A DNA stretch of 50,394 nucleotides from an uncultured Steroidobacter sp. (GTDB lineage Bacteria; Pseudomonadota; Gammaproteobacteria; Steroidobacterales; Steroidobacteraceae), in assembly GCA_964492345.1 (NCBI GenBank), contig CAZBKC010000001.1, positions 1 through 50,394 of the forward strand. The letters run 5' to 3'. Shown one piece after another: positions 9,564-20,452 of the stretch (position 1 is its first letter; each line of letters opens with the position of its first letter). A program made the position numbers and the translations under genes. The notes beneath the pieces were generated by a model. It saw only the letters and a list, made by a program, of their open reading frames with translations. It did not search any database and had not been told where the DNA came from.

Positions 9564-10868
9564 CTACGGTGTGAAGTCCACCGCCGGCGTGATGACCGCC
9601 GTGCACGACCCGAAGCCGATGGAGCGGAAGCCTTCGCGTTCCGCGCGGCCCGTGATCAGCAGCTCATCGCCATCCTGCAGCCACAGCCGCGCTTCTCCGT
9701 CGGGCAACTGGACGGGAGCCTTGCCTCCGGTGATTTCCAGCAGGCATGCAGCAGCTTCAAGTGTCTCCCCGGAGAGTGTCCCGGACGAAACAAGATCCGC
9801 CGTCTGCATGTTGCATCCGCCGATCGCATGGTGCGCGATCATCTGTTCGAAGGACCATGCGCTGCTGTCGAAGTCTGTCGCAGTAATGCGATGCGGCGCC
9901 TGGCCGGCCGCACGCATGGGTGGCGTCAGCAGATGTGCCTCGAACCGGATCGCAAGTCCGCCGTCCTGCTCGAGCGCGCTGCTCTTCAGGTGAACCGGCG
10001 GTGCCGGGACGTCGGAAGGACGTGAGGGCATCGGTTTGCGAAACGGAGCCATCGCCTCTGCGGTGACGACCCACGGTGAAATCGTGGTCCGGAAGGCCTT
10101 GCCCTGGAACGGTCCCAGCACGCTCTCGTAGAACTGGACATCGCGCGCGGACCAGTCGTTCAGCAAGCAGTAGCCGAAGATGAACTCGCGTGCGCGATCG
10201 ACATGCACCGGTCGGCCCAGCGGATTGCCGTTTCTGAGGAAACAGGCGAATTCCAGTTCGAAGTCGAGCGCGCGCGTCGGTCCGAATTCCGAGCTGTCGC
10301 CTGCCTTGAACTGTCCATACGGTCGTTCCAGCGGAACGCCGGACGGCACGACGGATGACGCCCGGCTGTTGTATGCGATCGGCAGTCTCCAGAAGCAGGG
10401 TGGCAGTGGCCCGTTCGCGCGCGCGGGCCGGGGTGCGCTGATGTGCCACGCGGAAGTCATGAAGTCAGTGAACGCGCGGATGCTCGCCGGAATGTGCAGC
10501 CGGGCGGTAGCCATCGGTACCAGGGCAGGCTCGACCAGATCGCGCTCGCTCGAACCTGTTTCGAGCAACCGTTGCAGGCGTGCCCGCAGCGCCGACGCGG
10601 CAGCGGGTTCGAATGCCATGAATGGATTCAGTTGCGGCGCAGCGGCTGCCTGCGCAGCTTCACGCAACCCCGATCTGTCGAATACGCCGGCCTGCACGAG
10701 CCTGCCGAGGTCGACAATGGAATTGCCGATGGCGACACCGCCTCGTGGCAGCGAGCCCGTCGTGCTGAAGATGCCATGCGGCAAGTTCTGCAGCGGGAAG
10801 TCGGTACCGGCGTCGTTCGCCGTCTCCACCCAGCTGCGTCTGCCGGGGTCGTGGCTGTCATTGATCAT
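9564..10868 (-). CDS. fahA: Fumarylacetoacetase (FAH), divergent
   Basis: SWV...DFPLQNLPHGIFS, FTDF...H, LDFELE, LLNDWSARDVQ...LGPFQGKAF, SGTLSG, CLLEI, IGFG. Confidence 0.88.
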   Translation of the reverse strand: MINDSHDPGRRSWVETANDAGTDFPLQNLPHGIFSTTGSLPRGGVAIGNSIVDLGRLVQAGVFDRSGLREAAQAAAAPQLNPFMAFEPAAASALRARLQRLLETGSSERDLVEPALVPMATARLHIPASIRAFTDFMTSAWHISAPRPARANGPLPPCFWRLPIAYNSRASSVVPSGVPLERPYGQFKAGDSSEFGPTRALDFELEFACFLRNGNPLGRPVHVDRAREFIFGYCLLNDWSARDVQFYESVLGPFQGKAFRTTISPWVVTAEAMAPFRKPMPSRPSDVPAPPVHLKSSALEQDGGLAIRFEAHLLTPPMRAAGQAPHRITATDFDSSAWSFEQMIAHHAIGGCNMQTADLVSSGTLSGETLEAAACLLEITGGKAPVQLPDGEARLWLQDGDELLITGRAEREGFRSIGFGSCTAVITPAVDFTP

Positions 10869-10925
10869 GTCATGCGTTCCGGTTGGTAGTCAGTCGCTGA
10901 GCGTTGCGCCTGGTGCCGTCTCGTG

Positions 10926-10941
10926 TCAATCATTCGACTGA
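10926..10941. promoter_or_regulatory. Motif A operator, 1 mismatch (TCAATC-ATTC-GACTGA, with GTG/CAC flanks)
   Basis: About 60 bp upstream of the fahA start. Confidence 0.65.
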
Positions 10942-10998
10942 CACAGGGATGTGAAGAACTCAATGGGCCGAACGGCTTCGGGACAGTTGTCGCGATAA

Positions 10999-11526
10999 CT
11001 ATTCGATTGCGTCGATGAGCACCGCCATCAGCAGGGCGGTCCGTTCGCCGCGGTTCACCCACGAGTGATTCGTGCCGCGCTGGATCACGACATCGAACGG
11101 CTTCATGACGGTCTCATCGTCGTCCAGCATCAGCGTTACTTCGCCTTCGAGCAGCACGATGAAATCGATCGAACGCGTGCGGTGAAAGCCCGGATGGCGA
11201 GCTGCAGGATCGTACGCATCGGCAGCCCCGATCCGTGCGTAGTATTCCGCAGACCCCTGGCGGCGCTCCGCATCGCTCAGATGGGAAAAAGACGTCTCGG
11301 GCGGAACGCGGAAGAAGCGGAAGGTTGCGCCGCCGTTGGTGGAATGCAACGCGATTTCCCCATCTGCCGGATCGGCCGGGTCGCTCAGCCTTGCGGGTGC
11401 ACAGGCGGTCGCCCAGAAATTGATCAGGTAGGGATCGCCCGGCGGTCCGAACGTATTCGGCGTGGGGCCGTCGGCTACGATGACTGAACGACCGGCAGCG
11501 TTGTGGCCCGTCACAATTCTTCGCAT
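10999..11526 (-). CDS. Cupin-domain protein
   Basis: MRRIVTGHNAAGRS...HRTRSIDFIVLLEGEVTLMLDD...DVVIQRGTNHSWVN. GGAG precedes ATG 11526. Confidence 0.88.
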   Translation of the reverse strand: MRRIVTGHNAAGRSVIVADGPTPNTFGPPGDPYLINFWATACAPARLSDPADPADGEIALHSTNGGATFRFFRVPPETSFSHLSDAERRQGSAEYYARIGAADAYDPAARHPGFHRTRSIDFIVLLEGEVTLMLDDDETVMKPFDVVIQRGTNHSWVNRGERTALLMAVLIDAIE

Positions 11527-11652
11527 TTGCGTACTCCAGGCGTCGATCGCGGTTGCGAGGTAAGAGAGATCGCCGGTTCTGTCGCAGCGTCTGATTCGGC
11601 AGAGGATTGCCGCTCGTCCCAGGGTTGACATTATCGATCCCACAGTAGTAAA

Positions 11653-11668
11653 TCAATCGACTGATTGA
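11653..11668. promoter_or_regulatory. Motif A operator, perfect (TCAATC-GACT-GATTGA)
   Basis: Between the divergent cupin and TonB-receptor genes. Just downstream of a TTGACA hexamer (11625-11630), overlapping the expected -10/+1 region. Confidence 0.75.
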
Positions 11669-11745
11669 ATTGGTCGATGGCGCCGGGCCGGCACGGCCGG
11701 ATGCGGCGAGAAAGAAACTCACGGATCTTCTGGGGGAAAAATACG

Positions 11746-13959
11746 ATGAAGCGGCTATTGTTCTGCAGTTCGACGCTCGTCACGCTGCTTGGATCGATCG
11801 GTGCGGCCGGCGCGCAGTCGACCTCCGCGGAGGCAATAACGATCGAGCAGGTGATCGTGACCGCACAGCGCCGTGAAGAAGCCATCAGCGACGTGCCGAT
11901 CTCCATCTCCGTCATTTCCGCGCAGGCGCTGGAGGATGTCGGTGCGAAGTCAGGTGCTTCGATTCAGGGGCTGGTACCGGCGCTGACGATCAACGCAACT
12001 GCAAGCTATGGCGGTTCACCGGTGTCGATCCGCGGTACTTCCGGCCTGGGTGGTGCAGAGGATCCGGTGGCCGTCTATGTCGATGACGTCTATACGGCAT
12101 CGGGTCAGTTCTCCGTCACTGCTCTTTCGGATGTCGCCTCGATCGAAGTCGTGCGCGGCCCGCAGGGGACGCTGCAGGGTCGCAACGCAACCGCTGGTGC
12201 GCTGATCATTCGCACCGCCGATCCGAAACCGCAGTTCGGTGGCTACGTGCGGGCGACTGCCGAAGACCCGGATGCCTATCGTGTGGAAGCGGCGATTACC
12301 GGACCGCTGACGCCGGACCTGTTGGGTCGGCTGTCCTACGATCGGCTGGATGAGCATGGGTGGGCAACCAATCTCGCCGACGGCAGGAAGATGGGCGGCA
12401 CTGAGATGCAGAACGTACGCGGTACGTTGCTGTGGACACCGACGGATCGCTTCCGTGCGCGTCTGGCGCTCAACTACCAGGATCGCGACGTCAGTCTGCC
12501 TACTGTTCGCTGGGCACAGACGACCATCGCACCGCCGCCGGGTCCGGTCACGCCCGCGGGCACGCAGACGCCCGGCATTGCGCTGCCGCAGGATGAGCAG
12601 GACCGATTCCTCGATGACAAGGTCGTGAACCTCAACATCGAGCCGAGAAGTGAACTGACTTCACCGAGTGCGGTGCTGAGCCTGCAGTATGACTTCGGGC
12701 CGATGACACTCGTTTCCGTGACGGGAGTCAGCGAGTACACAAACGAGGGTGTGAACGACTCCGACGGCCTGCCGCTCGATGCGGTCATGGCCGATCGTCA
12801 GGGTCGCAATGCCGCGCGGTACACCGGCAACGCGGTGAGCCAGGAGTTGCGGCTGCAGTCGAATGGAAATTCCGCAGTCGACTGGATCGCGGGTCTGTAC
12901 TACGCGAGCTACCGCAGCAAGATGGACTTCGACATCTTCAACCTGCGCCTGTCGGTCCCGATCAATCAGGTGTCCAACTTCGACTCGGACCAGACCAATC
13001 CCAACTGGGCCGTATTCGGCGATGCGACCTGGCACATCACGGATCAGTTTTCGCTGATCGGCGGCGTGCGCTACACGGAGGACTCGAAAGACTTCGAGAA
13101 CGTCTTCACGTTGCAGAACACGGACACGGGTGCGGTGCTGGTTCGATTGCCCTTCGATGCGCCGGAGCGAACCTGGAGCGACACGTCCTATCGCGCGAAG
13201 CTGGTCTGGGAACCGACCGATGATGTGATGACGTATCTGAGCTACAGCCGGGGCTTCAAGGCCGGCGGCTACAACGCCTTTGGAGTCGGGGCGCAGCCCG
13301 GCTACGATCCTGAGGTAATGAAGTCGGCGGAGGTCGGTCTGAAGGCCTACTTCTGGGATCGGCGCGCCTTTGTTACTTTCGCGGCCTACGACAACACCTA
13401 CGACAACCTGCAGGTCACCAGTGGTGTGCCGACGGGCGGTGTCGTCATCACCAACGCGGCCTCGGCGACGATCCAGGGGTTCGAGGTGGAAGGCGAACTT
13501 CAGCCCACCGAGCACTGGGCCTTCACTGGAAATGTTGCCTACATCGATGGCAAGTTCGACAGCTTCCCGCTTGCGCCCGATATCATGGGTGTGCTGACGG
13601 ACGTGTCCGGCAACCGTCTGACCAACAGCCCCGAGTGGCAGTACTTCCTGCAGACGCAGTACCTCACCGACATCGGCTCGAACTGGAACCTCAAGGCAAC
13701 GATCAACTGGCGCTGGCGCGATGAAGTCTACTTTTTCCCGACCAACCAGGATCTGACGCATCTGCGCGGCGAGGAGAACGGGGAACTCGGCGCGCGGATC
13801 AGTTTCCGTCATGTACCGCAGGATCTGACGCTCGCAGTCTATGGAACCAATCTCACCGACAGCCGCGTGGTTGCGAACGAGGCGCTGACGTTCAGCTATC
13901 CGGGCGCTTACTTCAACCGTCCGCGAACCATCGGTGTGCAGCTGGAAAAACGTTTCTGA
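11746..13959 (+). CDS. TonB-dependent outer-membrane receptor
   Basis: Signal peptide; TonB box/plug motifs IEQVIVTAQRREE, VAVYVDDVY, IEVVRGPQGTLQGRNA; YSRGFKAGGYN; terminal Phe. Confidence 0.95.
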   Translation: MKRLLFCSSTLVTLLGSIGAAGAQSTSAEAITIEQVIVTAQRREEAISDVPISISVISAQALEDVGAKSGASIQGLVPALTINATASYGGSPVSIRGTSGLGGAEDPVAVYVDDVYTASGQFSVTALSDVASIEVVRGPQGTLQGRNATAGALIIRTADPKPQFGGYVRATAEDPDAYRVEAAITGPLTPDLLGRLSYDRLDEHGWATNLADGRKMGGTEMQNVRGTLLWTPTDRFRARLALNYQDRDVSLPTVRWAQTTIAPPPGPVTPAGTQTPGIALPQDEQDRFLDDKVVNLNIEPRSELTSPSAVLSLQYDFGPMTLVSVTGVSEYTNEGVNDSDGLPLDAVMADRQGRNAARYTGNAVSQELRLQSNGNSAVDWIAGLYYASYRSKMDFDIFNLRLSVPINQVSNFDSDQTNPNWAVFGDATWHITDQFSLIGGVRYTEDSKDFENVFTLQNTDTGAVLVRLPFDAPERTWSDTSYRAKLVWEPTDDVMTYLSYSRGFKAGGYNAFGVGAQPGYDPEVMKSAEVGLKAYFWDRRAFVTFAAYDNTYDNLQVTSGVPTGGVVITNAASATIQGFEVEGELQPTEHWAFTGNVAYIDGKFDSFPLAPDIMGVLTDVSGNRLTNSPEWQYFLQTQYLTDIGSNWNLKATINWRWRDEVYFFPTNQDLTHLRGEENGELGARISFRHVPQDLTLAVYGTNLTDSRVVANEALTFSYPGAYFNRPRTIGVQLEKRF

Positions 13960-14028
13960 CCTTCTGGATTGCGCGCGTCGGTCCGTCCGGCGCGCGCCCG
14001 TTTTCGAACATCAACAACACGAGTCGCT

Positions 14029-14820
14029 ATGTCCCGACGCTATATCGATCTTTCGGTGCCAATCGAAAACGACATCGAGTCCGACCCGCCCGGCGCGCGT
14101 CCGCACGTCGAATACATCCGTCACGAGGAATCCTGGGAGGCGCTGGCCCGGGCCTTTCCGGGGTTGAAGAAGGAGGACTTGCCGGAGGGGCAGGGGTGGG
14201 CGGTCGAGCGCCTGCAACTCTCCACGCACAATGGCACCCACATGGATGCGCCGTGGCACTTCCATGCGACGCAGGACGCATTGCTGGAAGGTGGCGCAAG
14301 ACGTGCCATGACCATCGACGAAGCGCCTCTCGACTGGTGCTATCGCCCGGGTGTCAAGCTGGACTTCCGTCATTTCCCCGATGGCTACGTGGCGACGGCT
14401 GCAGACATTGAAGCTGAGCTCAGGCGCATCAGCTACGAGCTGAAGCCGTTCGACATCGTTGTGGTGAACACGGCGGCCGGCGGCAGGTACGGGCAGGATG
14501 GCTACGTTGCTTCAGGTTGCGGCATGGGGCGCGAGGCGACGCTTTTTTTATGCGAACGCGGCGTGAAGATCGTGGGCACGGATGGCTGGTCGTGGGATGC
14601 GCCGTTCGTGCATACCGCGAAGCGATGGGCGCAGACCCGCGACAGCTCCATCATCTGGGAAGGACACAAGGCCGGCCGCGAGATCGGATACTTTCAGATG
14701 GAGAAGCTCGCGAATCTCGACAAGCTGCCGCCGTTCGGGTTCGAGATTTCCTGCTTTCCCGTGAAGATCAAGGATGCCAGTGCGGGGTGGATCCGGGCAG
14801 TCGCCATCATCGAGGAGTGA
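14029..14820 (+). CDS. Cyclase / kynurenine-formamidase-family hydrolase
   Basis: THNGTHMDAPWH, GTDGWSWD, WEGH...QMEKL, FPVKI..ASAGWIRAVA. Confidence 0.92.
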   Translation: MSRRYIDLSVPIENDIESDPPGARPHVEYIRHEESWEALARAFPGLKKEDLPEGQGWAVERLQLSTHNGTHMDAPWHFHATQDALLEGGARRAMTIDEAPLDWCYRPGVKLDFRHFPDGYVATAADIEAELRRISYELKPFDIVVVNTAAGGRYGQDGYVASGCGMGREATLFLCERGVKIVGTDGWSWDAPFVHTAKRWAQTRDSSIIWEGHKAGREIGYFQMEKLANLDKLPPFGFEISCFPVKIKDASAGWIRAVAIIEE

Positions 14821-14823
14821 GAG

Positions 14824-16065
14824 GTGCGCGATCAGCCGGCCGCATCGGCGAGGTTGGAACTCGCGCGTCACTGGCCAACGTTGCTCGGAGCGACATTGGG
14901 AGTGGCGTTCGGCTCCGCTGCACTGCCTTTCTATACCGCCGGCCTGTTCATCGTGCAGTTCCAGCACGAATTTGCCTGGACGCGTGCCCAACTCACGGGT
15001 ATCGGCATGGCCGTCACCTTGCTGGTTGCGCTCCTGGCGCCGTTCGCGGGCGCGGTCTATGACCGCATCGGGATTCGTTGGCCGGCGCTCATTGGTTACG
15101 TGATCCTGGCGACCCAGTTCTTTCTGATGAGTCAGCTCGCAGGTTCCCTGGTCGTGTACGCCGCGATCCAGTTGCTACCGTTATTTCTTGTCATCGGTAC
15201 TTCGCCGATCGCCCTCACCCGACCGATCAATCTCGCCTTCGACCGGATGCGTGGACTGGCGCTCGGAATAACGATCGGCGGCATCGGCGCGATGGCCGCC
15301 GTCGCGCCACCCATCGTCGCTCATCTGATCGAGAACTACGGATGGCGCAGCGCATTCCAGGTGCTGGCGGCCGCAGTGCTCATCGTCGGGCCGATCACCG
15401 TGCTGCTGATGGGCATGCGCCCGGCCCCGAACCCGGTCCCGCTGGCACGCGCGACATCGGGCGCAACAGGGCATGTGGTGTCGGTAGTGCGCACGTGGCT
15501 GTTCTGGCGCCTGATCCTGTGTTTCACGTTGATCTCCCTGGCGGTAGGCGGGTTGGTGACTCATCTCGTGCCGCTGCTCACGGATGCGGGCATGTCGACG
15601 CTGGATGCGGCAAGCGTCGCGGGGCTGCTGGGCGTGTCGGTGCTCATCGGCCGGCTCGGCGCCGGTGTGCTGATCGATCTTTTCTTCGCCCCTTACGTCG
15701 CGGCGGCAATCATGCTGCTGACCGCGATTGGCATCGCGCTGTTGGCTGGCGGAGGAATAGCGTTCGCCGTGCCTGGCGCATTGGGCATCGGACTTGCCAT
15801 GGGCGCGGAGGTCGATCTCATTGCCTACCTGACCGCCCGCTACTACGGAATGGTTCACTACGGCCGGATGTATGGATTGCTGTACGGTGCGTTCGTGATC
15901 GGTGTCGGCGTCAGTCCCTATCTCATCTCGCTGATCCAGTCGGCCATGCAGTCGTATACCCCGGCGCTGTGGATAGCGGTCGGCCTGCTGCTCGTGGTCA
16001 CCGTGCTGTTTGTCACGGCTCCTCGATTCGCAACCATCGGCGCCCGGGACGGTTCACTGAAGTGA
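14824..16065 (+). CDS. MFS transporter
   Basis: About 12 hydrophobic segments; GAVYDRIG, RGLALG, GAEVDLIAYLTARYYG. Paralogue of 35769-37055. Confidence 0.9.
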   Translation: MRDQPAASARLELARHWPTLLGATLGVAFGSAALPFYTAGLFIVQFQHEFAWTRAQLTGIGMAVTLLVALLAPFAGAVYDRIGIRWPALIGYVILATQFFLMSQLAGSLVVYAAIQLLPLFLVIGTSPIALTRPINLAFDRMRGLALGITIGGIGAMAAVAPPIVAHLIENYGWRSAFQVLAAAVLIVGPITVLLMGMRPAPNPVPLARATSGATGHVVSVVRTWLFWRLILCFTLISLAVGGLVTHLVPLLTDAGMSTLDAASVAGLLGVSVLIGRLGAGVLIDLFFAPYVAAAIMLLTAIGIALLAGGGIAFAVPGALGIGLAMGAEVDLIAYLTARYYGMVHYGRMYGLLYGAFVIGVGVSPYLISLIQSAMQSYTPALWIAVGLLLVVTVLFVTAPRFATIGARDGSLK

Positions 16066-16131
16066 CCGCGAGTTCCCGCGGTCCTGGCGCGTGATTACAT
16101 CCGGTTCGTCGACAGGAAGAAGAGCGCACAC

Positions 16132-17856
16132 ATGCCGAACATCCGCACGATTCTGACTGCGCTGTTGTCCTGCCTCGGCTTCGCAGCGATGGCAGCCGAC
16201 GATTCGTCGATGATCATCGAGCGGGACGTGCCGATCGTTGCCGGCGATGGCCTCGTGCTGCGCGCCAATGTCTATCGACCTGCCCGGCCGGGTCGGTATC
16301 CGGTCGTGATGACGTATGGTCTGTACGGCAAGGACGCGCACTGGGCGGATGCGTATCCGAACCAGTGGAAGCACATGCTGCAAGAGCATCCGGAGATCTG
16401 TCAGAACGGATCGGAATGCAGGTACATGGTATGGGAGACAGTCGATCCGGAACGGTGGGTGCCGAAAGACTACGTGGTCGTCATGGTCGATTCACGCGGC
16501 AGCGGCAAGTCGCCTGGATATCTCGATCCGTTCTCGCCACGAGAAACGCAGGATTACTACGAGTGCATCGAGTGGGCCGGCGTGCAGCCGTGGTCGAACG
16601 GCAAGGTGGGGTTGCTGGGCATCGGCTACTTCGCCATCAATCAATGGATGGTCGCCGCGCTGCAACCGCCGCATCTGGCGGCCATGATCCCGTGGGAAGG
16701 CTATACCGATCATTACCGCGACTCGTCGCATACGGGTGGCATCCTGAGCAATGTTTTTGCGCCGATCTGGCTGAAGAATCAGGTGCTGCTGAATCAGCAC
16801 GGCAACGCCGCGAATCCATGGCGCGATCGCGCGACTGGCGAGCGTACAACCGGTCCCGCACTGAGCGAGGATTTGCTGCTGGGCAATCGAGTCGACTTCG
16901 TTCGTTCACTCCATATGCATCCGCTGAACGACGCTTACTATCGCCAGCGGACGCCTGACTTCTCGCGCATCAAGGTACCGCTGCTGTCAGCGGGAAACTG
17001 GGGCGGCATGGGATTGCATCTGCGCGGCAACATCGAGGGCTTCGTGCGCTCCGCCTCGACCGAAAAATGGCTCGAGATGCATGTCGGCTGGCACTACGAG
17101 GCATTCTATCTTCCAGAGTCCGTGGCCCTGCAGCAGAAGTTCTTCGATCACTACCTGAAGGGAGTGGAGAACGGCTGGAGTCGTGAGCCGAAGCTGCGCC
17201 TGAGTATTCGGCATCCGCAGAAGGCACTCGTGCGTCGCGCGGAGACCGAATGGCCGCTGGCGGGTACGCGCTGGACACGTTTCTATCTCGATACCGCCAA
17301 GCGAGCGCTGGTCGAGCGCAACCCGGCCAAGGAGCAGGCGGCGACCTACGAGGCGCTCGGCGATGGACTGGTGTTCTCGACGCCGCCGTTTCAGAGCGAT
17401 ACGGAAATCACGGGGCCTGTCATGGCGCGGCTCTGGGTTTCATCCTCTACATCGGACATGGATCTGTTTCTCACGGTGCAGGCTTTTGCGCCGGATGGAA
17501 AGGAAGTGACGTTTGTCGGATCGAGCGCACCCGAGGTTCCGGTCACGCAGGGATGGCTGCGTGCGTCGCATCGCAAGCTGGATCCGGTGCTGTCGAAGCC
17601 CTGGTGGCCCTATCACACGCACGATGAAGTTCAGAAGTTGCAGCCCGGGGAGCCGTATGCGCTCGACATCGAGATTCTGCCGACGAACATGGTGTTCCCG
17701 GCGGGCTACCGACTCGTGCTTCGTGTCGAAGGCAAGGATCTCCTGCACAACGATCCGGTAGACCGGAACACGGCGGAGTTCGGCGGCCGCAATACGGTGA
17801 TCGGCGGCGGTTCGCGCGAATCGTATCTGATGGTTCCGGTGGTGAAGGGCCGTTAA
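16132..17856 (+). CDS. Exported CocE/NonD-family (peptidase S15-like) hydrolase; nucleophile Ser replaced by Gly
   Basis: Signal peptide; LRANVYRP, DSRGSGKSPG, IEWAGVQPWSNGKVGLLGIGY, LHLRGN; C-terminal PepX-type domain EITGP...GWLRASHR. Confidence 0.88.
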   Translation: MPNIRTILTALLSCLGFAAMAADDSSMIIERDVPIVAGDGLVLRANVYRPARPGRYPVVMTYGLYGKDAHWADAYPNQWKHMLQEHPEICQNGSECRYMVWETVDPERWVPKDYVVVMVDSRGSGKSPGYLDPFSPRETQDYYECIEWAGVQPWSNGKVGLLGIGYFAINQWMVAALQPPHLAAMIPWEGYTDHYRDSSHTGGILSNVFAPIWLKNQVLLNQHGNAANPWRDRATGERTTGPALSEDLLLGNRVDFVRSLHMHPLNDAYYRQRTPDFSRIKVPLLSAGNWGGMGLHLRGNIEGFVRSASTEKWLEMHVGWHYEAFYLPESVALQQKFFDHYLKGVENGWSREPKLRLSIRHPQKALVRRAETEWPLAGTRWTRFYLDTAKRALVERNPAKEQAATYEALGDGLVFSTPPFQSDTEITGPVMARLWVSSSTSDMDLFLTVQAFAPDGKEVTFVGSSAPEVPVTQGWLRASHRKLDPVLSKPWWPYHTHDEVQKLQPGEPYALDIEILPTNMVFPAGYRLVLRVEGKDLLHNDPVDRNTAEFGGRNTVIGGGSRESYLMVPVVKGR

Positions 17857-17903
17857 AGGGATCTACGGATTGAGTTGAGATCGAGGGGGAAGGGCGCTGA
17901 GTC

Positions 17904-20036
17904 TCAACGCTCTCGTTGAGCCCCGGGGCGTTCGCGATCGAATGCCTGAAACGAGCTGCCTTCGGCGGCAAGCCGCGCGAGTAGCGGAGCGGGCGTCCAG
18001 AACGCCGCGTCGTCATGAGGGTTGCGGGCAAGCTCGCCCATGCGTCGTACGACGCGATCGAGCCCGACGGAATCAGCATGGAACATCGGTCCGCCGCGCC
18101 ACGTCGGGAACCCGTAACCGGTGACATACACGACATCGATGTCGGAGGCGCGCGCCGCGATACCTTCCTCCAGGATTCTGGCTCCTTCATTGACGAGTGC
18201 GTACACGATCCGATCGATGATCTCCTGCGCATCCAGCGAACGCGGCTCGATACCGAGTTCCTTGCGATGCGTCGCGAGCAGCTCCGCGGTGACGGACGAT
18301 GGATGAGGTGTGCGATCGCCCGGCTTGTAGTCGTACCAGCCTGCCAGCGTCTTCTGACCGAAACGCCCGAGTTCGCACAACCTGTCGCCGACATTCGGGC
18401 GTGCGCGCAGCGCCGGTTGTTCGGCGTAGTGAGCCTTGCGGATCGCCCAGCCGATGTCGTGACCCGCGAGGTCACCGACGCGAAACGGACCCATGGCAAA
18501 GCCGAACGTCTCCATCGTGGCGTCGACCTGCTGTGGCGACGCCCCTTCCTCGATCAGTCGAGTCGTCTGGCGGCTGAGTTGGGCGACCATGCGGTTGCCG
18601 ATGAAGCCGTCGCAAACGCCGGCGACGACAGCGACCTTCCTGAGCGCCTTGCCGAGCTTCATCGCCGTCGCGAGCACATCTCTGGCGGTTGCCTCACCGC
18701 GGACGACCTCGAGCAGGCGCATGACGTTGGCCGGACTGAAGAAGTGCGTGCCGATGACGTCCTGCGGACGTCGGGTGACGCGCGCGATGCGATCGACGTC
18801 GAGCGTGGAAGTGTTCGTGGCGAGAATCGCGCCAGGTTTCATGACCCTGTCGAGCTGCGCGAATACGGCTTCCTTGACGGACATTTCTTCGAACACCGCT
18901 TCGACGGCGATGTCGGCGCTGGCGATCGCGTCGTACGAGAGCACGGGCGTGAGCAGTCCGATGCGTCGCTCGGCGTCGGCGACAGAAATCCTGCCGCGAC
19001 GAGCCTGATCCTCGTAGGTCCCGCGGATGCGGGCAACGCCACGATCGAGCGCCTGCTGGTTCATTTCCAGCAGCGATGCCGGAATGCCGGCGTTGAGGAA
19101 GCACATCGCGATGCCGCTGCCCATCGTGCCTGCGCCGATGATTGCCGCCGAGGTGATTTCCCGGGTCGGCGTCGAACCGGGCACGTCGGCGATTCGGGCG
19201 GCAGTGCGCTCGGCGAAAAATACGTGACGCAGCGCCTTCGCTTGCGGCGTCTGCACAAGTTCCAGAAATAGCGACCGCTCGAGCGCCGTCCCGTCGCTGA
19301 AAGGCATTTCCAGCGCTGCTTCGATGGCGGTTATGCAGTGCATGTGTGACGGTTGGTTCGTCGACTTCTTCCGGGCCTTGTCACGTGCCGCCTGCAGCAG
19401 CGTCGCGGCGTTTCCCTGAGTCGCCGTCAAGTCGCGCGTGCGTCGCGGAGATTCACCGCGATCGACCAGCGCGCGCGCGAACTCGATCGCAGCCGGCAGC
19501 GGGTCACCTGCAACGGCACGGTCAAGAAGCGGTGAGTGATCGAGTCGATGCGCAGGGATGGGCTCGCCGCTCAGGATCATCTCAAGCGCGAGTTCGAGAC
19601 CTGCAAGTCGCGGAAGGCGCTGTGTGCCGCCGGCGCCGGGCAGAATTCCGAGCTTGATTTCCGGCAGTCCGAGCATCGCGTCGGTGGCCGCGACACGGTA
19701 GTGGCAGGCAAGCGCGAGTTCCAGCCCGCCGCCGAGTGCGCTGCCCGGGATGGCGGCCACGACGGGCTTCGCACTCGATTCGATCATCGTAGCGAGCGCG
19801 CCCGTGATCGGGTGTCGCGTCGCATCCGGAGTGCCAAACTCGTGAATGTCGGCCCCGGCGCAGAACGTACGATTGCGTCCGGTGAGTACGATCGCCCTCA
19901 CCGCGGGATCGGCGACTGCACGTTCAAGCGCGGCGCAAATGCTCTCCCGAGTGATGTAGCTCAGTGCGTTGACTGGGGCATTGCCGAAAGCGATGACTGC
20001 GATCGGTCCTTCCAGATGATAGTCAGCGTGTGTCAT
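17904..20036 (-). CDS. Bifunctional enoyl-CoA hydratase / 3-hydroxyacyl-CoA dehydrogenase (FadB/FadJ-like)
   Basis: [71 protein letters not shown]. Start ATG 20036. Confidence 0.93.
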   Translation of the reverse strand: MTHADYHLEGPIAVIAFGNAPVNALSYITRESICAALERAVADPAVRAIVLTGRNRTFCAGADIHEFGTPDATRHPITGALATMIESSAKPVVAAIPGSALGGGLELALACHYRVAATDAMLGLPEIKLGILPGAGGTQRLPRLAGLELALEMILSGEPIPAHRLDHSPLLDRAVAGDPLPAAIEFARALVDRGESPRRTRDLTATQGNAATLLQAARDKARKKSTNQPSHMHCITAIEAALEMPFSDGTALERSLFLELVQTPQAKALRHVFFAERTAARIADVPGSTPTREITSAAIIGAGTMGSGIAMCFLNAGIPASLLEMNQQALDRGVARIRGTYEDQARRGRISVADAERRIGLLTPVLSYDAIASADIAVEAVFEEMSVKEAVFAQLDRVMKPGAILATNTSTLDVDRIARVTRRPQDVIGTHFFSPANVMRLLEVVRGEATARDVLATAMKLGKALRKVAVVAGVCDGFIGNRMVAQLSRQTTRLIEEGASPQQVDATMETFGFAMGPFRVGDLAGHDIGWAIRKAHYAEQPALRARPNVGDRLCELGRFGQKTLAGWYDYKPGDRTPHPSSVTAELLATHRKELGIEPRSLDAQEIIDRIVYALVNEGARILEEGIAARASDIDVVYVTGYGFPTWRGGPMFHADSVGLDRVVRRMGELARNPHDDAAFWTPAPLLARLAAEGSSFQAFDRERPGAQRER

Positions 20037-20265
20037 GTCAATTCTTCGCATGCAATTGTGGAAAAGGCGGTCCCGCCGGCCGTGAATTCTTCGACGGCAT
20101 CTTTTTTTTCGGCGTCGGTGTGTGTCGAGTACAGTAGCAGGCGCTCGGTCGATAACAAACCATCTGTTCGAATACTGGATGGCCGGTCTTGTTGAATCAA
20201 TCCAGCCAGCCAATGGCCGCGTATCGCGCGTCATCTATCTCGGCATAGCTGGAAGCTTACAAAAA

Positions 20266-20281
20266 TAAGTCATTGGATTGA
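20266..20281. promoter_or_regulatory. Motif A operator, degenerate (TAAGTC-ATTG-GATTGA)
   Basis: 2 mismatches; in a divergent intergenic region. Confidence 0.4.
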
Positions 20282-20452
20282 ACAGAGAGGAGCTGTCAAC
20301 GGCAAAGAGGGCCCGAGGTCCGGTTTCTCCGCTGATCCTCAAGGCGCATACCAGGTGTTCAGTTGGTTCACTGATCTTCACTGTCGGCAATTGACTGGAT
20401 CGTGTCGCGGAGACACCATTCACGGCGCTACTGCCACCAACTGCCTGTGGAG

